Source: a virus
Lineage: Duplodnaviria > Caudoviricetes
Length of the DNA stretch: 61,489 nucleotides
Strand: one strand, 5' to 3'
Virus record (IMG/VR): IMGVR_UViG_3300027687_000008
Span: 1 to 61,489 of that record
Part shown: positions 48,874 to 58,610 of the stretch, one piece after another
Layout: each line of letters opens with the position of its first letter
How positions within the stretch are numbered: the stretch's first letter is position 1
Program-made: the position numbers and the translations under genes
The notes under the pieces: model-generated
Databases searched by the model: none
Told to the model about the DNA's origin: nothing
What the model saw: the letters and a program-made list of their open reading frames with translations, nothing else

Positions 48874-49509
48874 ATGATTATTGGAATTTGTGGACTCATC
48901 AGTTGTGGTAAAGGTACAGTAGCAGACATTCTAGTCGACGAACACAACTTTAAAAAAATTAGTTTTGCAGATAAACTTAAAGATGCAGTATCTTTAATGT
49001 TTGATTGGCCACGTGATATGCTTGAAGGTGAAACCCCAGACAGTCGTTACTGGCGAGAACAAGAAGATAAATTTTGGACAGAAGAAACAGGACGTAGTGT
49101 AACTCCAAGATTAGTACTGCAAGAATTTGGTACTGATTGTATGCGTAATGGGTTCTATGACGGTATTTGGGTAAGTTTTGTAAAAAAGACTATTGTTGAT
49201 AATCCTAATACAAATTTTGTTATTCCTGATGTACGTTTTGAAAATGAAGTAGAAGTTATTAAAGGTATGGGTGGTAAAGTTTGGTGTGTTAAACGTGGGC
49301 CTGATCCTGTATGGTTTAGACAGTACCAAGACTTAGGCATTGAACCAACTGACATACACCCTAGCGAATGGCGCTGGGCAAAAGCATCATTTGAACACAA
49401 TATTTACAATGAAGGAACTATTGAAGATCTTAAAAGTCAGGTAAAAGGTCGCCTTGTTTCCACTTTGCGCCTTGCTTCTGCATCACCCGCTGACAGTTTG
49501 CACAGATAG
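48874..49509 (+). CDS. gp1: Deoxynucleoside monophosphate kinase
   Basis: IIGICGLISCGKGT, SFADKLK, TPRLVLQEFGT, IPDVRFENE, HPSE. Confidence 0.88.
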   Translation: MIIGICGLISCGKGTVADILVDEHNFKKISFADKLKDAVSLMFDWPRDMLEGETPDSRYWREQEDKFWTEETGRSVTPRLVLQEFGTDCMRNGFYDGIWVSFVKKTIVDNPNTNFVIPDVRFENEVEVIKGMGGKVWCVKRGPDPVWFRQYQDLGIEPTDIHPSEWRWAKASFEHNIYNEGTIEDLKSQVKGRLVSTLRLASASPADSLHR

Positions 49510-49768
49510 TTTTTAAATTACTCCGCAAAGTATTATTAAGATCACCATCAATATGATAAACATTAAACTGTTCTTTATGTTTACTATGATAGCTACATTT
49601 TTCACAAGTATCTAACTGTCTATAACCAGCACGATGCCATTTAGGTATACCCCACATCTTTCTACCATGATGTAAACAAGTATCACACTGCTTACGATAA
49701 AACGTTTTACCGTTCTTTTTATAGTTTACAGCCGCAGGTCTATATCCGCATTCGCATAAAGGTCTCAT
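49430..49768 (-). CDS. Zn-finger/HNH-like protein
   Basis: CEC, CDTC, CEKC, VYHIDGDLNN...NLKTICANC; own late promoter GGTAAATA at 49773-49780. Confidence 0.7.
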   Translation of the reverse strand: MRPLCECGYRPAAVNYKKNGKTFYRKQCDTCLHHGRKMWGIPKWHRAGYRQLDTCEKCSYHSKHKEQFNVYHIDGDLNNTLRSNLKTICANCQRVMQKQGAKWKQGDLLPDF

Positions 49769-49835
49769 ATTGTATTTACCTCACCTTTGTGGTACCTTTT
49801 TATAGGGGTTTTGCTATATGTTTTTGAAGAAATCA

Positions 49836-49843
49836 TATAAATA
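49836..49843 (+). promoter_or_regulatory. Late promoter, exact T4 consensus TATAAATA
   Basis: Upstream of SD AGGAG and the sheath ATG. Confidence 0.8.
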
Positions 49844-49875
49844 CTTTTAACAGTTGTTATAACAGGAGAACTTAA

Positions 49876-52800
49876 ATGGCTTTAATATCACCAGGTGTAC
49901 AAGTTAGCGTAATTGACGAGAGTTTTTACACACCAGCAGAACCAGGTACTACTCCAATGCTTTTTGTTGTTTCAAAACAAGACAAACAAAACGCGGCAGG
50001 AACAGGTACAGCAAGAGGTACAATAAAGGCAAACGCCGGAGTACCATTTTTAATTACATCACAAAGAGATTTATCAGACACGTTCGGAGATCCATACTTC
50101 CAAACAGATGCTAGTAACAATCCAGTAAATGGCGGCGAACTAAACGAATACGGTTTACAAGCGGCATATTCATACTTGGGTGTTAGTAACAGAGCATTTG
50201 TTGTAAGAGCAGATGTTGATCTAGACGAATTGAGTCCAAGTGCAAGTGCTCCAGCGGCAAATCCAGCAAATGGAACATACTGGTTTGACACAGCATTAAC
50301 CAAATACGGAATATTTGAATGGAACGGCAATATCGTAACTGTTACTGGTGGACAGTCATTTACAAATAAAACTCCAATTGTTATTACAAATAAAGTAAAC
50401 CTAGTTGGAGCTGTAAACACAGGTGCTCCTAAAGGTGCAGTAGGCGCAGTAGGCGACTATGCAGTAGTTACAACTACTACTACTAATAAAGTATACTACA
50501 AAAATTCATCAGGTGCATGGGTTAAAGTAGGAACAGCTGATTGGGTCAAAAGTTGGCCAACTGTAACAGGTACAGCAACAGGTACTCATACACTAGGACA
50601 AACTATTGTAATCAACGGAACAACTTTAGCGGCAACTGGAACAACAATTACACAGTATGCGGCTGATATTACAGGCGGCGGTATTACAGGTGTAAGTGCA
50701 AGTGTTGTAGACGGAAAATTACACATCTTTGGTGACGGTTCAAATACAACTGACGGTTCAACAGATGATGACGGTGCGATTGCTATTTCAGCAGGTGCTT
50801 CAGGTACACTACTAGCAGACTTAGGTCTAACAGCAGGAACTTACTATTCACCAGCATACGAAATTGCTCCACATACAGCAGTTCCAGGATTTAAAACAGC
50901 TGATACAAAAACAAGACCTACAGGAAGTGTTTGGTTTAAAACAACTGACGCTAATTTAGGTGTACAAATGAAAGTTAAAGCATTCAATAGTACTACTAAG
51001 TTGTGGGAAGACAAACCAGCTCCTGTTTATAAGACACACCAAGCGGCTATCTTTAATTTAGATAAAACTACTGGTGGACTTGGACTTTCATTAGGTCAAT
51101 TATATGTACAAGCACATACTACTGAAGCAGAAAACGAAGAGTTTGACTTTACAATTTTTGCAAGAAATAGTTCAACAGCAACTTCAATTACATCAAGTGC
51201 AGTAGCTACACAGTTAAGCAGTCAGTCATATGGATTTACAATGTCAGAAAGCATTGTTGCACAAGCGGCTATGTCAACTGGTAAAGCATTAACTATTACA
51301 GCAACAGGCGCGGCAAGTGACGCAGACTTAATTGCAGATGCAATTAACGCGGCAGGCTTTGTTAATATTGTTGCAAGTGTAGATGCAAGTAACAGAGTTA
51401 TTGTCCAGCACAACGATGGCGGAGAAATCCACATTAAAGATACAAACGGTGCATTAGGATTAATTGGCTTTGCGGCATTTAATTATACCACAAAAGCAGG
51501 TACAGCAAACTTATATGCGGCACCAACAGGTGATAGTGTGTACGACTTCCATGCTTCAAACTGGAAGATCTTAACACAAACTGCAAGTGCAAACGCTCCA
51601 ACAGCATTAACAACTGATGGTGCATTATGGTACAACAGTATTGTTGACGAAGTTGATATTATGGTACACAATGGTACTACATGGAAAGGTTACCAAAACG
51701 TTTACGCTTCAGCTGATCCATTAGGGCCAATTGTTAGTGCTACAGAACCAACTACACAACAAGACGGTTCATCTGCATTAGTAACAGGTGACATTTGGGT
51801 ATCAACAGCAGACTTAGAAAACTATCCACAAGTACACAAATATAACGCAGATCTTCAAAAATGGTTAGCATTAGACGAAGGTGATCAAACTTCAGAAGAT
51901 GGTATTTTGTTTTCAGATGCACGTTATGGTACAAGTGGCGGAACAGCTACACTAGCACCAAGCGGAACTATTGCAGAACTGTTAGTTAGTGATCATTTAG
52001 ACACCGACGCACCAGATCCTGCACTATATCCAAAAGGTATGTTGCTTTGGAACTTACGTAGAAGCGGATTTAACGTTAAGAAATTTGTACGTAACAAAGT
52101 AGATGTAACTGCTAAAAATATTAGAATGGGCGATGTGAGTATGGCTACTTACTATCCACATAGATGGGTAACTGAGTCAGCTAACCAAGTTGATGGCGCA
52201 GGTAGCTTTGGACGTAAAGCACAGCGTAAGGTCATTATCCAAGCGTTGCAAGCAATGGTTAATAGTAATCAAGACATTAGAGATGATGAGTCAAGATTAT
52301 TTAACGTAATGGCGGCTCCAGGATATTCAGAACTAATTAATGAAATGGTTGCACTAAACAATGATAGAGGCCTAACAGCATTTATCGTAGGTGACAGTCC
52401 GTTTAGATTAAAAAGCGATGGCACTACACTTAACAACTGGGGTGCAAATACTGCATTAGCTGTTGAAGATAATGATAACGGTGCTGTTACTAGAGACGAA
52501 TATTTAGGTATGTTCTACCCGAGCTTGTTTACAAGTGATAACGCAGGTAACAACGTTGTTGTTCCACCAAGTCACGGTATCCTAAGAACACTAGCATTAA
52601 GCGATCAAGTATCGTTTCCATGGTTTGCTCCAGCAGGAACAAGACGTGGTGGAATTACAAATGCAAGTGCCGCAGGTTACATTGATGCAGAAGGCGAATT
52701 TAAGTCAATTGCATTAAACGAAGGACAGCGTGATACACTTTATGCTAATAACATTAACCCAATTACATTCTTAACAGGAGCAGGACTTGTTAACTTTGGT

Positions 52801-53151
52801 CAAAAGACTAGAGCAAAGAACGCAAGTGCATTAGATAGAATCAACGTAGCAAGACTAGTAATTTACTTGAGATCACAACTTAAGAAACTTGCTAAACCTT
52901 ACATCTTTGAGCCAAATGATAAAATCACACGTGATGAGATCAAGGCACAAGCAGATAGCTTAATGCTAGAGCTAGTATCACAAAGAGCGTTATATGACTT
53001 CCTAGTTGTATGTGATGAGTCTAACAATACTCCAAGTAGAATTGATAGAAACGAGCTGTATTTGGATATTGCTATTGAACCAGTTAAAGCAGTTGAGTTT
53101 ATATACATTCCACTGAGATTGAAAAACACTGGTGAAATTAGTGGACTATAA
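49876..53151 (+). CDS. gp18: Tail sheath protein (enlarged, 1091 aa)
   Basis: MALISPGVQVSVIDES; WFAPAGTRRG, INPI, GQKT, ALDRINVARL, FEPND, VVCDESNNT, IEPVKAVEFIYI. Confidence 0.93.
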   Translation: MALISPGVQVSVIDESFYTPAEPGTTPMLFVVSKQDKQNAAGTGTARGTIKANAGVPFLITSQRDLSDTFGDPYFQTDASNNPVNGGELNEYGLQAAYSYLGVSNRAFVVRADVDLDELSPSASAPAANPANGTYWFDTALTKYGIFEWNGNIVTVTGGQSFTNKTPIVITNKVNLVGAVNTGAPKGAVGAVGDYAVVTTTTTNKVYYKNSSGAWVKVGTADWVKSWPTVTGTATGTHTLGQTIVINGTTLAATGTTITQYAADITGGGITGVSASVVDGKLHIFGDGSNTTDGSTDDDGAIAISAGASGTLLADLGLTAGTYYSPAYEIAPHTAVPGFKTADTKTRPTGSVWFKTTDANLGVQMKVKAFNSTTKLWEDKPAPVYKTHQAAIFNLDKTTGGLGLSLGQLYVQAHTTEAENEEFDFTIFARNSSTATSITSSAVATQLSSQSYGFTMSESIVAQAAMSTGKALTITATGAASDADLIADAINAAGFVNIVASVDASNRVIVQHNDGGEIHIKDTNGALGLIGFAAFNYTTKAGTANLYAAPTGDSVYDFHASNWKILTQTASANAPTALTTDGALWYNSIVDEVDIMVHNGTTWKGYQNVYASADPLGPIVSATEPTTQQDGSSALVTGDIWVSTADLENYPQVHKYNADLQKWLALDEGDQTSEDGILFSDARYGTSGGTATLAPSGTIAELLVSDHLDTDAPDPALYPKGMLLWNLRRSGFNVKKFVRNKVDVTAKNIRMGDVSMATYYPHRWVTESANQVDGAGSFGRKAQRKVIIQALQAMVNSNQDIRDDESRLFNVMAAPGYSELINEMVALNNDRGLTAFIVGDSPFRLKSDGTTLNNWGANTALAVEDNDNGAVTRDEYLGMFYPSLFTSDNAGNNVVVPPSHGILRTLALSDQVSFPWFAPAGTRRGGITNASAAGYIDAEGEFKSIALNEGQRDTLYANNINPITFLTGAGLVNFGQKTRAKNASALDRINVARLVIYLRSQLKKLAKPYIFEPNDKITRDEIKAQADSLMLELVSQRALYDFLVVCDESNNTPSRIDRNELYLDIAIEPVKAVEFIYIPLRLKNTGEISGL

Positions 53152-53154
53152 TCA

Positions 53155-53162
53155 GATAAATA
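53155..53162 (+). promoter_or_regulatory. Late promoter (GATAAATA)
   Basis: Before SD AGGAG and the tube ATG. Confidence 0.65.
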
Positions 53163-53181
53163 AAAGTAACAGGAGCATATA

Positions 53182-53811
53182 ATGGCAATTTCAACACTTT
53201 CAAAATTAACAGTACCACTAGATAGTAACGCAAGTGCATCTAATCAAGGTTTGTTAATGCCCAAACTACAGTATCGCTTTAGAGTGAGCTTAGAGAACTT
53301 TGGTGTATCGAGTCCGTCAACAGAGCTAACAAAACAAGTTATGGACGTAACAAGACCTAACGTTAGTTTTGATCAAATGACGGTTGATATTTACAACTCC
53401 AGAGTTTATCTAGCTGGTAAGCATACTTGGGAACCAATTACAATTAACTTGCGTGAAGATGTTAGCAACAACGTACAGAAAATGGTTGGTGAACAACTTC
53501 AGAAACAGTTTGATTTCTTTGAACAGTCAAGTGCGGCAAGTGGTGCAGACTACAAGTTTGTTACTAGAATTGAAATACTTGACGGTGGTAACGGAGCGAA
53601 TGCGGCAAGCGTATTAGAAACATTTGAACTATACGGTTGTTACTTAGAAAGTACTAACTACAATACACTAAACTATGCAACTTCAGAAGTTGTAACAATA
53701 GCGTTAACAGTTAGATACGACAATGCAATCCAATCACCACAAGGTACTGGTATTGGTACAGCAGTAGGTAGAACTATTAATACTGCTATTACCGGTGGCG
53801 GCGCAATCTAA
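53182..53811 (+). CDS. gp19: Tail tube protein
   Basis: PKLQYRFRV...RP......V..YNSRVYLAGKHTWEPI...LYGCY...L.Y....V.I.LTVRYD; follows the sheath. Confidence 0.85.
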   Translation: MAISTLSKLTVPLDSNASASNQGLLMPKLQYRFRVSLENFGVSSPSTELTKQVMDVTRPNVSFDQMTVDIYNSRVYLAGKHTWEPITINLREDVSNNVQKMVGEQLQKQFDFFEQSSAASGADYKFVTRIEILDGGNGANAASVLETFELYGCYLESTNYNTLNYATSEVVTIALTVRYDNAIQSPQGTGIGTAVGRTINTAITGGGAI

Positions 53812-53830
53812 ACTAAACAAAATTTAAATT

Positions 53831-53854
53831 AAGGGGCATTTATGTCCCTTTTTT
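53831..53854 (+). terminator. Rho-independent terminator
   Basis: AAGGGGCAT-TT-ATGTCCCTT plus T-run. Confidence 0.75.
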
Positions 53855-53900
53855 ATGACTATATTATCTGCCCACTTTATTCAAAAGGATAAATATTAGT

Positions 53901-55118
53901 ATGAGCTTTTTAAACGGATTTTTAGACAACGTTGTATCTGGGGCATTGAGTCCAAAAGGCAACCTCGCAGACTATCAACATGGTGCAAGACTGTATGTTG
54001 ACGATAGTCATAGATTAGCACCAAAAGTAAAGTTTCTTTACCACGTTACATTTAATATTAACGCAGAAGCGGCCGCAGTTATTCCGCAACTAAGAGAGAA
54101 ACATTTAAATGAACTTAATATGCTTGTTAAGTCAGTACAGTTACCTGCATATAACATTCAAACAGATGTAAAACATCAGTATAATAGAAAACGAGTTGTA
54201 CAAAAACGTATTGATTATCAACCAGTTCAAATAGTTATGCACGATGATAACATGGGTGTTACTACAGCAATGTGGGAAGCATATTATAGATACTATTATA
54301 GAGACGGTAATTATTCAGCAACTAAACCTGCAGGAGCACCAGAATCTGGATCAGCAATACCTGAATACAATAGAGGGAATGTATTCGGCGGCAACAATGA
54401 TAAACAATACAGATACGGTTTTGATAATGATAGTGGAGCACCATTCTTTGATAGTATTACTATTAGTCAAATGGCTCGAAAGAATTATACCTCGTTTCAA
54501 TTAATTAATCCAATTATATCTGGTTGGCAACACGACACTATGGACAATAGCGTAAGTGATCCTGTGGCAAATACAATGACAGTCGAGTACGAAACTGTGC
54601 ATTATAGTAGAGGCCCAATTGGAAACGGCGGACCTAAAGGTTTTGCAGAAGAACATTATGATAAAACACCAAGTCCAAACTCATTAGCAGGTGGCGGTGC
54701 GGCGAGTCTATTAGGAATAGGCGGCGTACTAGCAGGAGGTATGGGTGTGTTAGATGATATTACAGGCGGCACTGCTAACTTTGGTACAGTCCTAAAAGCG
54801 GCAAATATTTTACAAAATGCAGGCGGATTAAATGCCGCTGGTGTAAAAGGTGAATTATTAGGTAGCGTTGTTAGTAGTATTGGAAAAACAGCAGGCATTG
54901 ATGTAAGTGGAGTTGCAGGGGTTATGACACCCAACGGTGGCGCTGGATCAGGTGCATTAAAAACATTAGGAATAGCGGCGGCAGTAGTAGCTGGCGGTAA
55001 CCTTTTAGCAAACTCGGGAGCATCGGGAGCAGTATCAAGTAAAATAGCTGGTTTAGTAAGTGCTAACGCTCCAACAGGACCTAGAAAAGAAGCACCACAA
55101 TTCGACGGGGGAACATAA
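53901..55118 (+). CDS. Tube-fold baseplate/tube initiator protein (gp48/gp54-like)
   Basis: PKVKFLYHVTF...VKSVQLP...QYNRKRVVQKRIDYQPVQIVMHDD resembles the gp19 fold; Gly/Ala-rich tail; promoter GATAAATA 53888-53895. Confidence 0.55.
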   Translation: MSFLNGFLDNVVSGALSPKGNLADYQHGARLYVDDSHRLAPKVKFLYHVTFNINAEAAAVIPQLREKHLNELNMLVKSVQLPAYNIQTDVKHQYNRKRVVQKRIDYQPVQIVMHDDNMGVTTAMWEAYYRYYYRDGNYSATKPAGAPESGSAIPEYNRGNVFGGNNDKQYRYGFDNDSGAPFFDSITISQMARKNYTSFQLINPIISGWQHDTMDNSVSDPVANTMTVEYETVHYSRGPIGNGGPKGFAEEHYDKTPSPNSLAGGGAASLLGIGGVLAGGMGVLDDITGGTANFGTVLKAANILQNAGGLNAAGVKGELLGSVVSSIGKTAGIDVSGVAGVMTPNGGAGSGALKTLGIAAAVVAGGNLLANSGASGAVSSKIAGLVSANAPTGPRKEAPQFDGGT

Positions 55119-55119
55119 T

Positions 55120-55497
55120 ATGGATAAATTACAATTAAATTTACCAAAAAAAGAAAATAATTCAAGTGCAAGCGATGTAAAAAGATATTTCAATACTTAT
55201 TACCAAAAGCAACTTGCATATCCAAGTAACGAAGTAGATGCTGTAATAGGATTTTTAGAATCAAAAGGTTTTGACAAGTCAGCGGCGCAATCAACTGGCG
55301 CAATCTTACTACAACAAGCAAAAATAGATAATGTTAAGATATTTGAACTATTAGATACATTAGGTAACCTAGACAAACTACAGCTAAGTTATGCTGTTGC
55401 AACTGTACTAAACTTTAATAGACAAAAAATTAGCACACTCGGATTTAGAGTACCTAATACAACTACTCCGTTAGAAGCAAGAAACATAATGGGGTAA
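55120..55497 (+). CDS. Hypothetical protein
   Basis: ATG 55120 just after the upstream stop; co-oriented in the operon. Confidence 0.55.
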   Translation: MDKLQLNLPKKENNSSASDVKRYFNTYYQKQLAYPSNEVDAVIGFLESKGFDKSAAQSTGAILLQQAKIDNVKIFELLDTLGNLDKLQLSYAVATVLNFNRQKISTLGFRVPNTTTPLEARNIMG

Positions 55498-55500
55498 CCC

Positions 55501-55935
55501 ATGGGACGTTTTGCACAAGGTAAATTCGAATCTAAAAATCCAAGCAAATATGTAGGACGTAAAACGCCAACTTATCGTAGTAGTTGGGAATTTGCATTTA
55601 TGAAATTTTGTGACGAAAATCCTTCTATACAAGCATGGGCAAGCGAAGCAGTAAAAATTCCATATAGAAATCCCTTAACAGGTAAACATACAATATATGT
55701 ACCTGATTTTTTCATACAATATAAGACAAAAAAAGGTAAAAATATGGTTGAGCTTATAGAAGTAAAGCCTAATAACCAAACTACTATGGAATCAGCTGGA
55801 AAGTCTAGACATAATCAAGCACACGTAGCATTAAATATGGCAAAGTGGGAAGCCGCAAGGGCATATTGTAAGTCTAAAGGACTTACTTTTAGAGTGGTGA
55901 CAGAAAAGGATATGTTCCACAACGGAAAACGATAA
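55501..55935 (+). CDS. gp4: Head completion nuclease (TnsA-like PD-(D/E)xK)
   Basis: NPSKYVG...YRSSWE..FM.FCD.NP.I..W.SE...IPY...YVPDF...IEVKP. Confidence 0.88.
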   Translation: MGRFAQGKFESKNPSKYVGRKTPTYRSSWEFAFMKFCDENPSIQAWASEAVKIPYRNPLTGKHTIYVPDFFIQYKTKKGKNMVELIEVKPNNQTTMESAGKSRHNQAHVALNMAKWEAARAYCKSKGLTFRVVTEKDMFHNGKR

Positions 55936-55964
55936 ATAATAGTAGCAGTTAATGTGAGTATATA

Positions 55965-56450
55965 ATGACAAAGAAATTAGAAGAACTTCTTGATTTACCT
56001 GATAGTAAAGAAATTATCAAACAAGATCAGAAAAAAGACAAAAAAGATGTTGTAGCTCAACAGAACGAAACTCTAAGAGACATTGCAGAGTTTGACAAAA
56101 TAGCGGCCGCACTACCAGCAGTAAAAGGCTTAGGTGAAATGGCTGATACAGAGTTAAATGATATTGCTCAAAAAGCAATGGATGCATACGATGATCTAAT
56201 GGATTTGGGCATGAACGTTGAGTCAAGATACTCAGGAAGAGTCTTTGAAGTAGCAGGCGGAATGCTTAAAACATCGCTCGATGCTAAAGTTGCAAAGATG
56301 GATAAGAAACTCAAAATGATTGAACTACAACTTAAGAAAGAAAAGTTAGATAAAGACGGCAGACCAGACGACGAGCTAATACAAGGCGAAGGTTATATAG
56401 TCACAGACCGTAATAGTTTACTCGAAAAACTTAAGAATATGGATAAATAA
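55965..56450 (+). CDS. Probable terminase small subunit
   Basis: Helical; YDDLMDLGMNVESRYSGRVFEVAGGMLK and terminal DRNSLLEKL resemble gp16-type proteins; promoter GATAAATA 55931-55938. Confidence 0.5.
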   Translation: MTKKLEELLDLPDSKEIIKQDQKKDKKDVVAQQNETLRDIAEFDKIAAALPAVKGLGEMADTELNDIAQKAMDAYDDLMDLGMNVESRYSGRVFEVAGGMLKTSLDAKVAKMDKKLKMIELQLKKEKLDKDGRPDDELIQGEGYIVTDRNSLLEKLKNMDK

Positions 56451-56468
56451 TTTAATAAGGACGGAAAC

Positions 56469-57023
56469 ATGTTTACAAATTACCTAGCAGAAGCGAAAAA
56501 AATATACGAATTTAACATTGGAATAGCAGGTGAACTACCAGAGAACTGTGCTGATAGTTTAGAAACATGCTTGAATCGTTATAGCGTAGCATCAATGAGC
56601 GCCGGCAAAAAGACGCCAATCCAAGAAAGACCATTAGATTTCCCACAACTCAGTAATTGCGAAGTTACATATTACGAAGCAGGATTAAACTATCCTACTA
56701 CACCACAGGTGTTAAGCGAATATATTGCACAATGTTGCGATATTGACAGAGCTAACATTATTGTACGTAATGTAAATGAGCCACAAGAAATTTACCAGAA
56801 TATCAAAGATGATGGTGCATACGAAATTAAATTAGAAACAGAAGATATGGGCGGAGATTCAGCACAAGACGATGTTGGTGGAAACCGCGTTATGTCACTG
56901 TTAAAAGAACTTGAAACAGCTAGATCAGAGCGTGAAAATGATCCGTTACAAGATGTTAAACCAGGTGAAGGCGCAGATATCACCGACAAGGAAAATACTG
57001 TATCACCAGTAGGGAGCAAATAA
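56469..57023 (+). CDS. Hypothetical acidic protein, possibly head-associated
   Basis: Promoter GATAAATA 56442-56449; N-terminal FTNYLAEA. Confidence 0.55.
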   Translation: MFTNYLAEAKKIYEFNIGIAGELPENCADSLETCLNRYSVASMSAGKKTPIQERPLDFPQLSNCEVTYYEAGLNYPTTPQVLSEYIAQCCDIDRANIIVRNVNEPQEIYQNIKDDGAYEIKLETEDMGGDSAQDDVGGNRVMSLLKELETARSERENDPLQDVKPGEGADITDKENTVSPVGSK

Positions 57024-57796
57024 TGAACCTTAAAGACATGATTGCTAAAATGGACGCTATTGACGCTCCTAGCAAAAAACAAGAATTAAAAGAATCAGCA
57101 TCAATGAATATTTCAATGACAGCAGACGATGCTGGACAAGTTGGACAACTAATGAATATGATGCGTAATGCAGGTATGTCACCAGAAAAAGTTAGTGATA
57201 AACCACTAACACCAAGAATGGATATGGAAAAGCATATGAAAGCATTGGGTGCAATGGACGATGATCCAGAGATTCCAGGTAGAGATGACGTTCCAGGAGA
57301 CCAAGACCTTAAAGCAGGTTTAGGCAAAGCGGCACTAACTGCAATCGGTGGTGGTGTTGGCGGATTGCTTGCCGGACCTCCTGGAGCTGTTGCTGGTGCC
57401 TTAGCTACAGGCGCTTTCGCAGACGATGCTGAAAACGACGACACAAGAATTGAAGGCGATTACGCTAATTCACCAGAAGAAGAATATTCACCACACACTG
57501 ATGTAATCAAAGGTGGAAATGATCTTAACAAATCTAAAAAATCTTATCCAAAAGTAGCAGGCGGAGATAATCCAATGGCACTGGCAAGTAAGATTAAAGA
57601 AGAGCTTTCTACATTATACAAAGAGTACACAGGTAAAGATGTTGTAGAAGGTAAAGGTAGTCCTAAGAGTAAGATGATTGATGTTGAAGATGGCATGAGT
57701 AAAGCTGAATTCTATAAAGAACATCCAACCGCTAGCGAAAACGAATACGACGAGATTAAACAAGAGATTAAAGATCAGGCTGAGGAGAATAACTAA
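57023..57796 (+). CDS. Acidic putative internal head protein with Gly-zipper
   Basis: Paralogous to 58184..58543; ELKESAS; GGGVGGLLAGPPGAVAG. Confidence 0.55.
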   Translation: MNLKDMIAKMDAIDAPSKKQELKESASMNISMTADDAGQVGQLMNMMRNAGMSPEKVSDKPLTPRMDMEKHMKALGAMDDDPEIPGRDDVPGDQDLKAGLGKAALTAIGGGVGGLLAGPPGAVAGALATGAFADDAENDDTRIEGDYANSPEEEYSPHTDVIKGGNDLNKSKKSYPKVAGGDNPMALASKIKEELSTLYKEYTGKDVVEGKGSPKSKMIDVEDGMSKAEFYKEHPTASENEYDEIKQEIKDQAEENN

Positions 57797-58182
57797 TGGC
57801 TGGACAAACAAGAGTAAACGGATCAGGACTATCAGTAGCCGCAACAGTTTATAGCCCAGGTGCAACAGCATTTAAAATTATAGTTAAAATTGCAAATGGT
57901 ACAGCAGTTGATCTAAGAGCAGAAGATGATGCATTAGATGAAACAGTAGAGCAAATTTGTAAAGAAATTAATCCTTTAGTGTATATGACTACTAACGACA
58001 ACAGTGGTACAATGACTGTAGTATGTGATTCAAATGCAACTGCTGGTGATTTACAAGCACGTATTAGAACAATCGGAACAGCATCAAACTATCCAACTAG
58101 CACAGTAACAGCAGTTGGACCAAATACAATTGACACAAGTGGTACACTAGTAACAGCGGCCGCAACATTGACAGCTACCTAA
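57796..58182 (+). CDS. Small putative virion protein
   Basis: SD GAGGAG; TAATG coupling; Thr/Ala-rich. Confidence 0.55.
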   Translation: MAGQTRVNGSGLSVAATVYSPGATAFKIIVKIANGTAVDLRAEDDALDETVEQICKEINPLVYMTTNDNSGTMTVVCDSNATAGDLQARIRTIGTASNYPTSTVTAVGPNTIDTSGTLVTAAATLTAT

Positions 58183-58183
58183 G

Positions 58184-58543
58184 ATGCGTGATTTACTGGA
58201 AAAACTAGATAGTATTAGCACACCAGTTAACGAACAGGCAAGTGTTAACATTAACATGAACGCAGAAACTCCTAACGAAGTTGCTGAACTAATGCAAATA
58301 ATGTCCAACGCAGGCCTAAGTCCTAGTATTGTACCAACAGCAACAACAGATGATCCAAAAATTCCAGGCAAAGATGATGTTGCAGGAGACCAAGATATCA
58401 ATGCAGGATTGGGAGGCAGAATCGGCGGAACAATACTTGGAACAATGGGCGGAACAGCACTTGCTGGCCCATATGGTGGTATCGCAGGCGGCATGGCTGG
58501 TGGCGAAATAGGCGACCGAATTACCGGAGACGGTATAATATAA
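58184..58543 (+). CDS. Short paralogue of 57023..57796 with Gly-zipper
   Basis: EQASVNINMNAE...DDPKIPGKDDVAGDQDINAGLGG vs ESASMNISMTAD...DDPEIPGRDDVPGDQDLKAGLGK. Confidence 0.6.
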   Translation: MRDLLEKLDSISTPVNEQASVNINMNAETPNEVAELMQIMSNAGLSPSIVPTATTDDPKIPGKDDVAGDQDINAGLGGRIGGTILGTMGGTALAGPYGGIAGGMAGGEIGDRITGDGII

Positions 58544-58570
58544 TAATTATAAATTAAAGTCTTAAGTCAC

Positions 58571-58596
58571 ATAGGACCTCCGGGTCCTATTTTTTT
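58571..58596 (+). terminator. Rho-independent terminator
   Basis: ATAGGACC-TCCG-GGTCCTAT followed by T6. Confidence 0.85.
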
Positions 58597-58610
58597 GGTT
58601 AAATAGTAGT

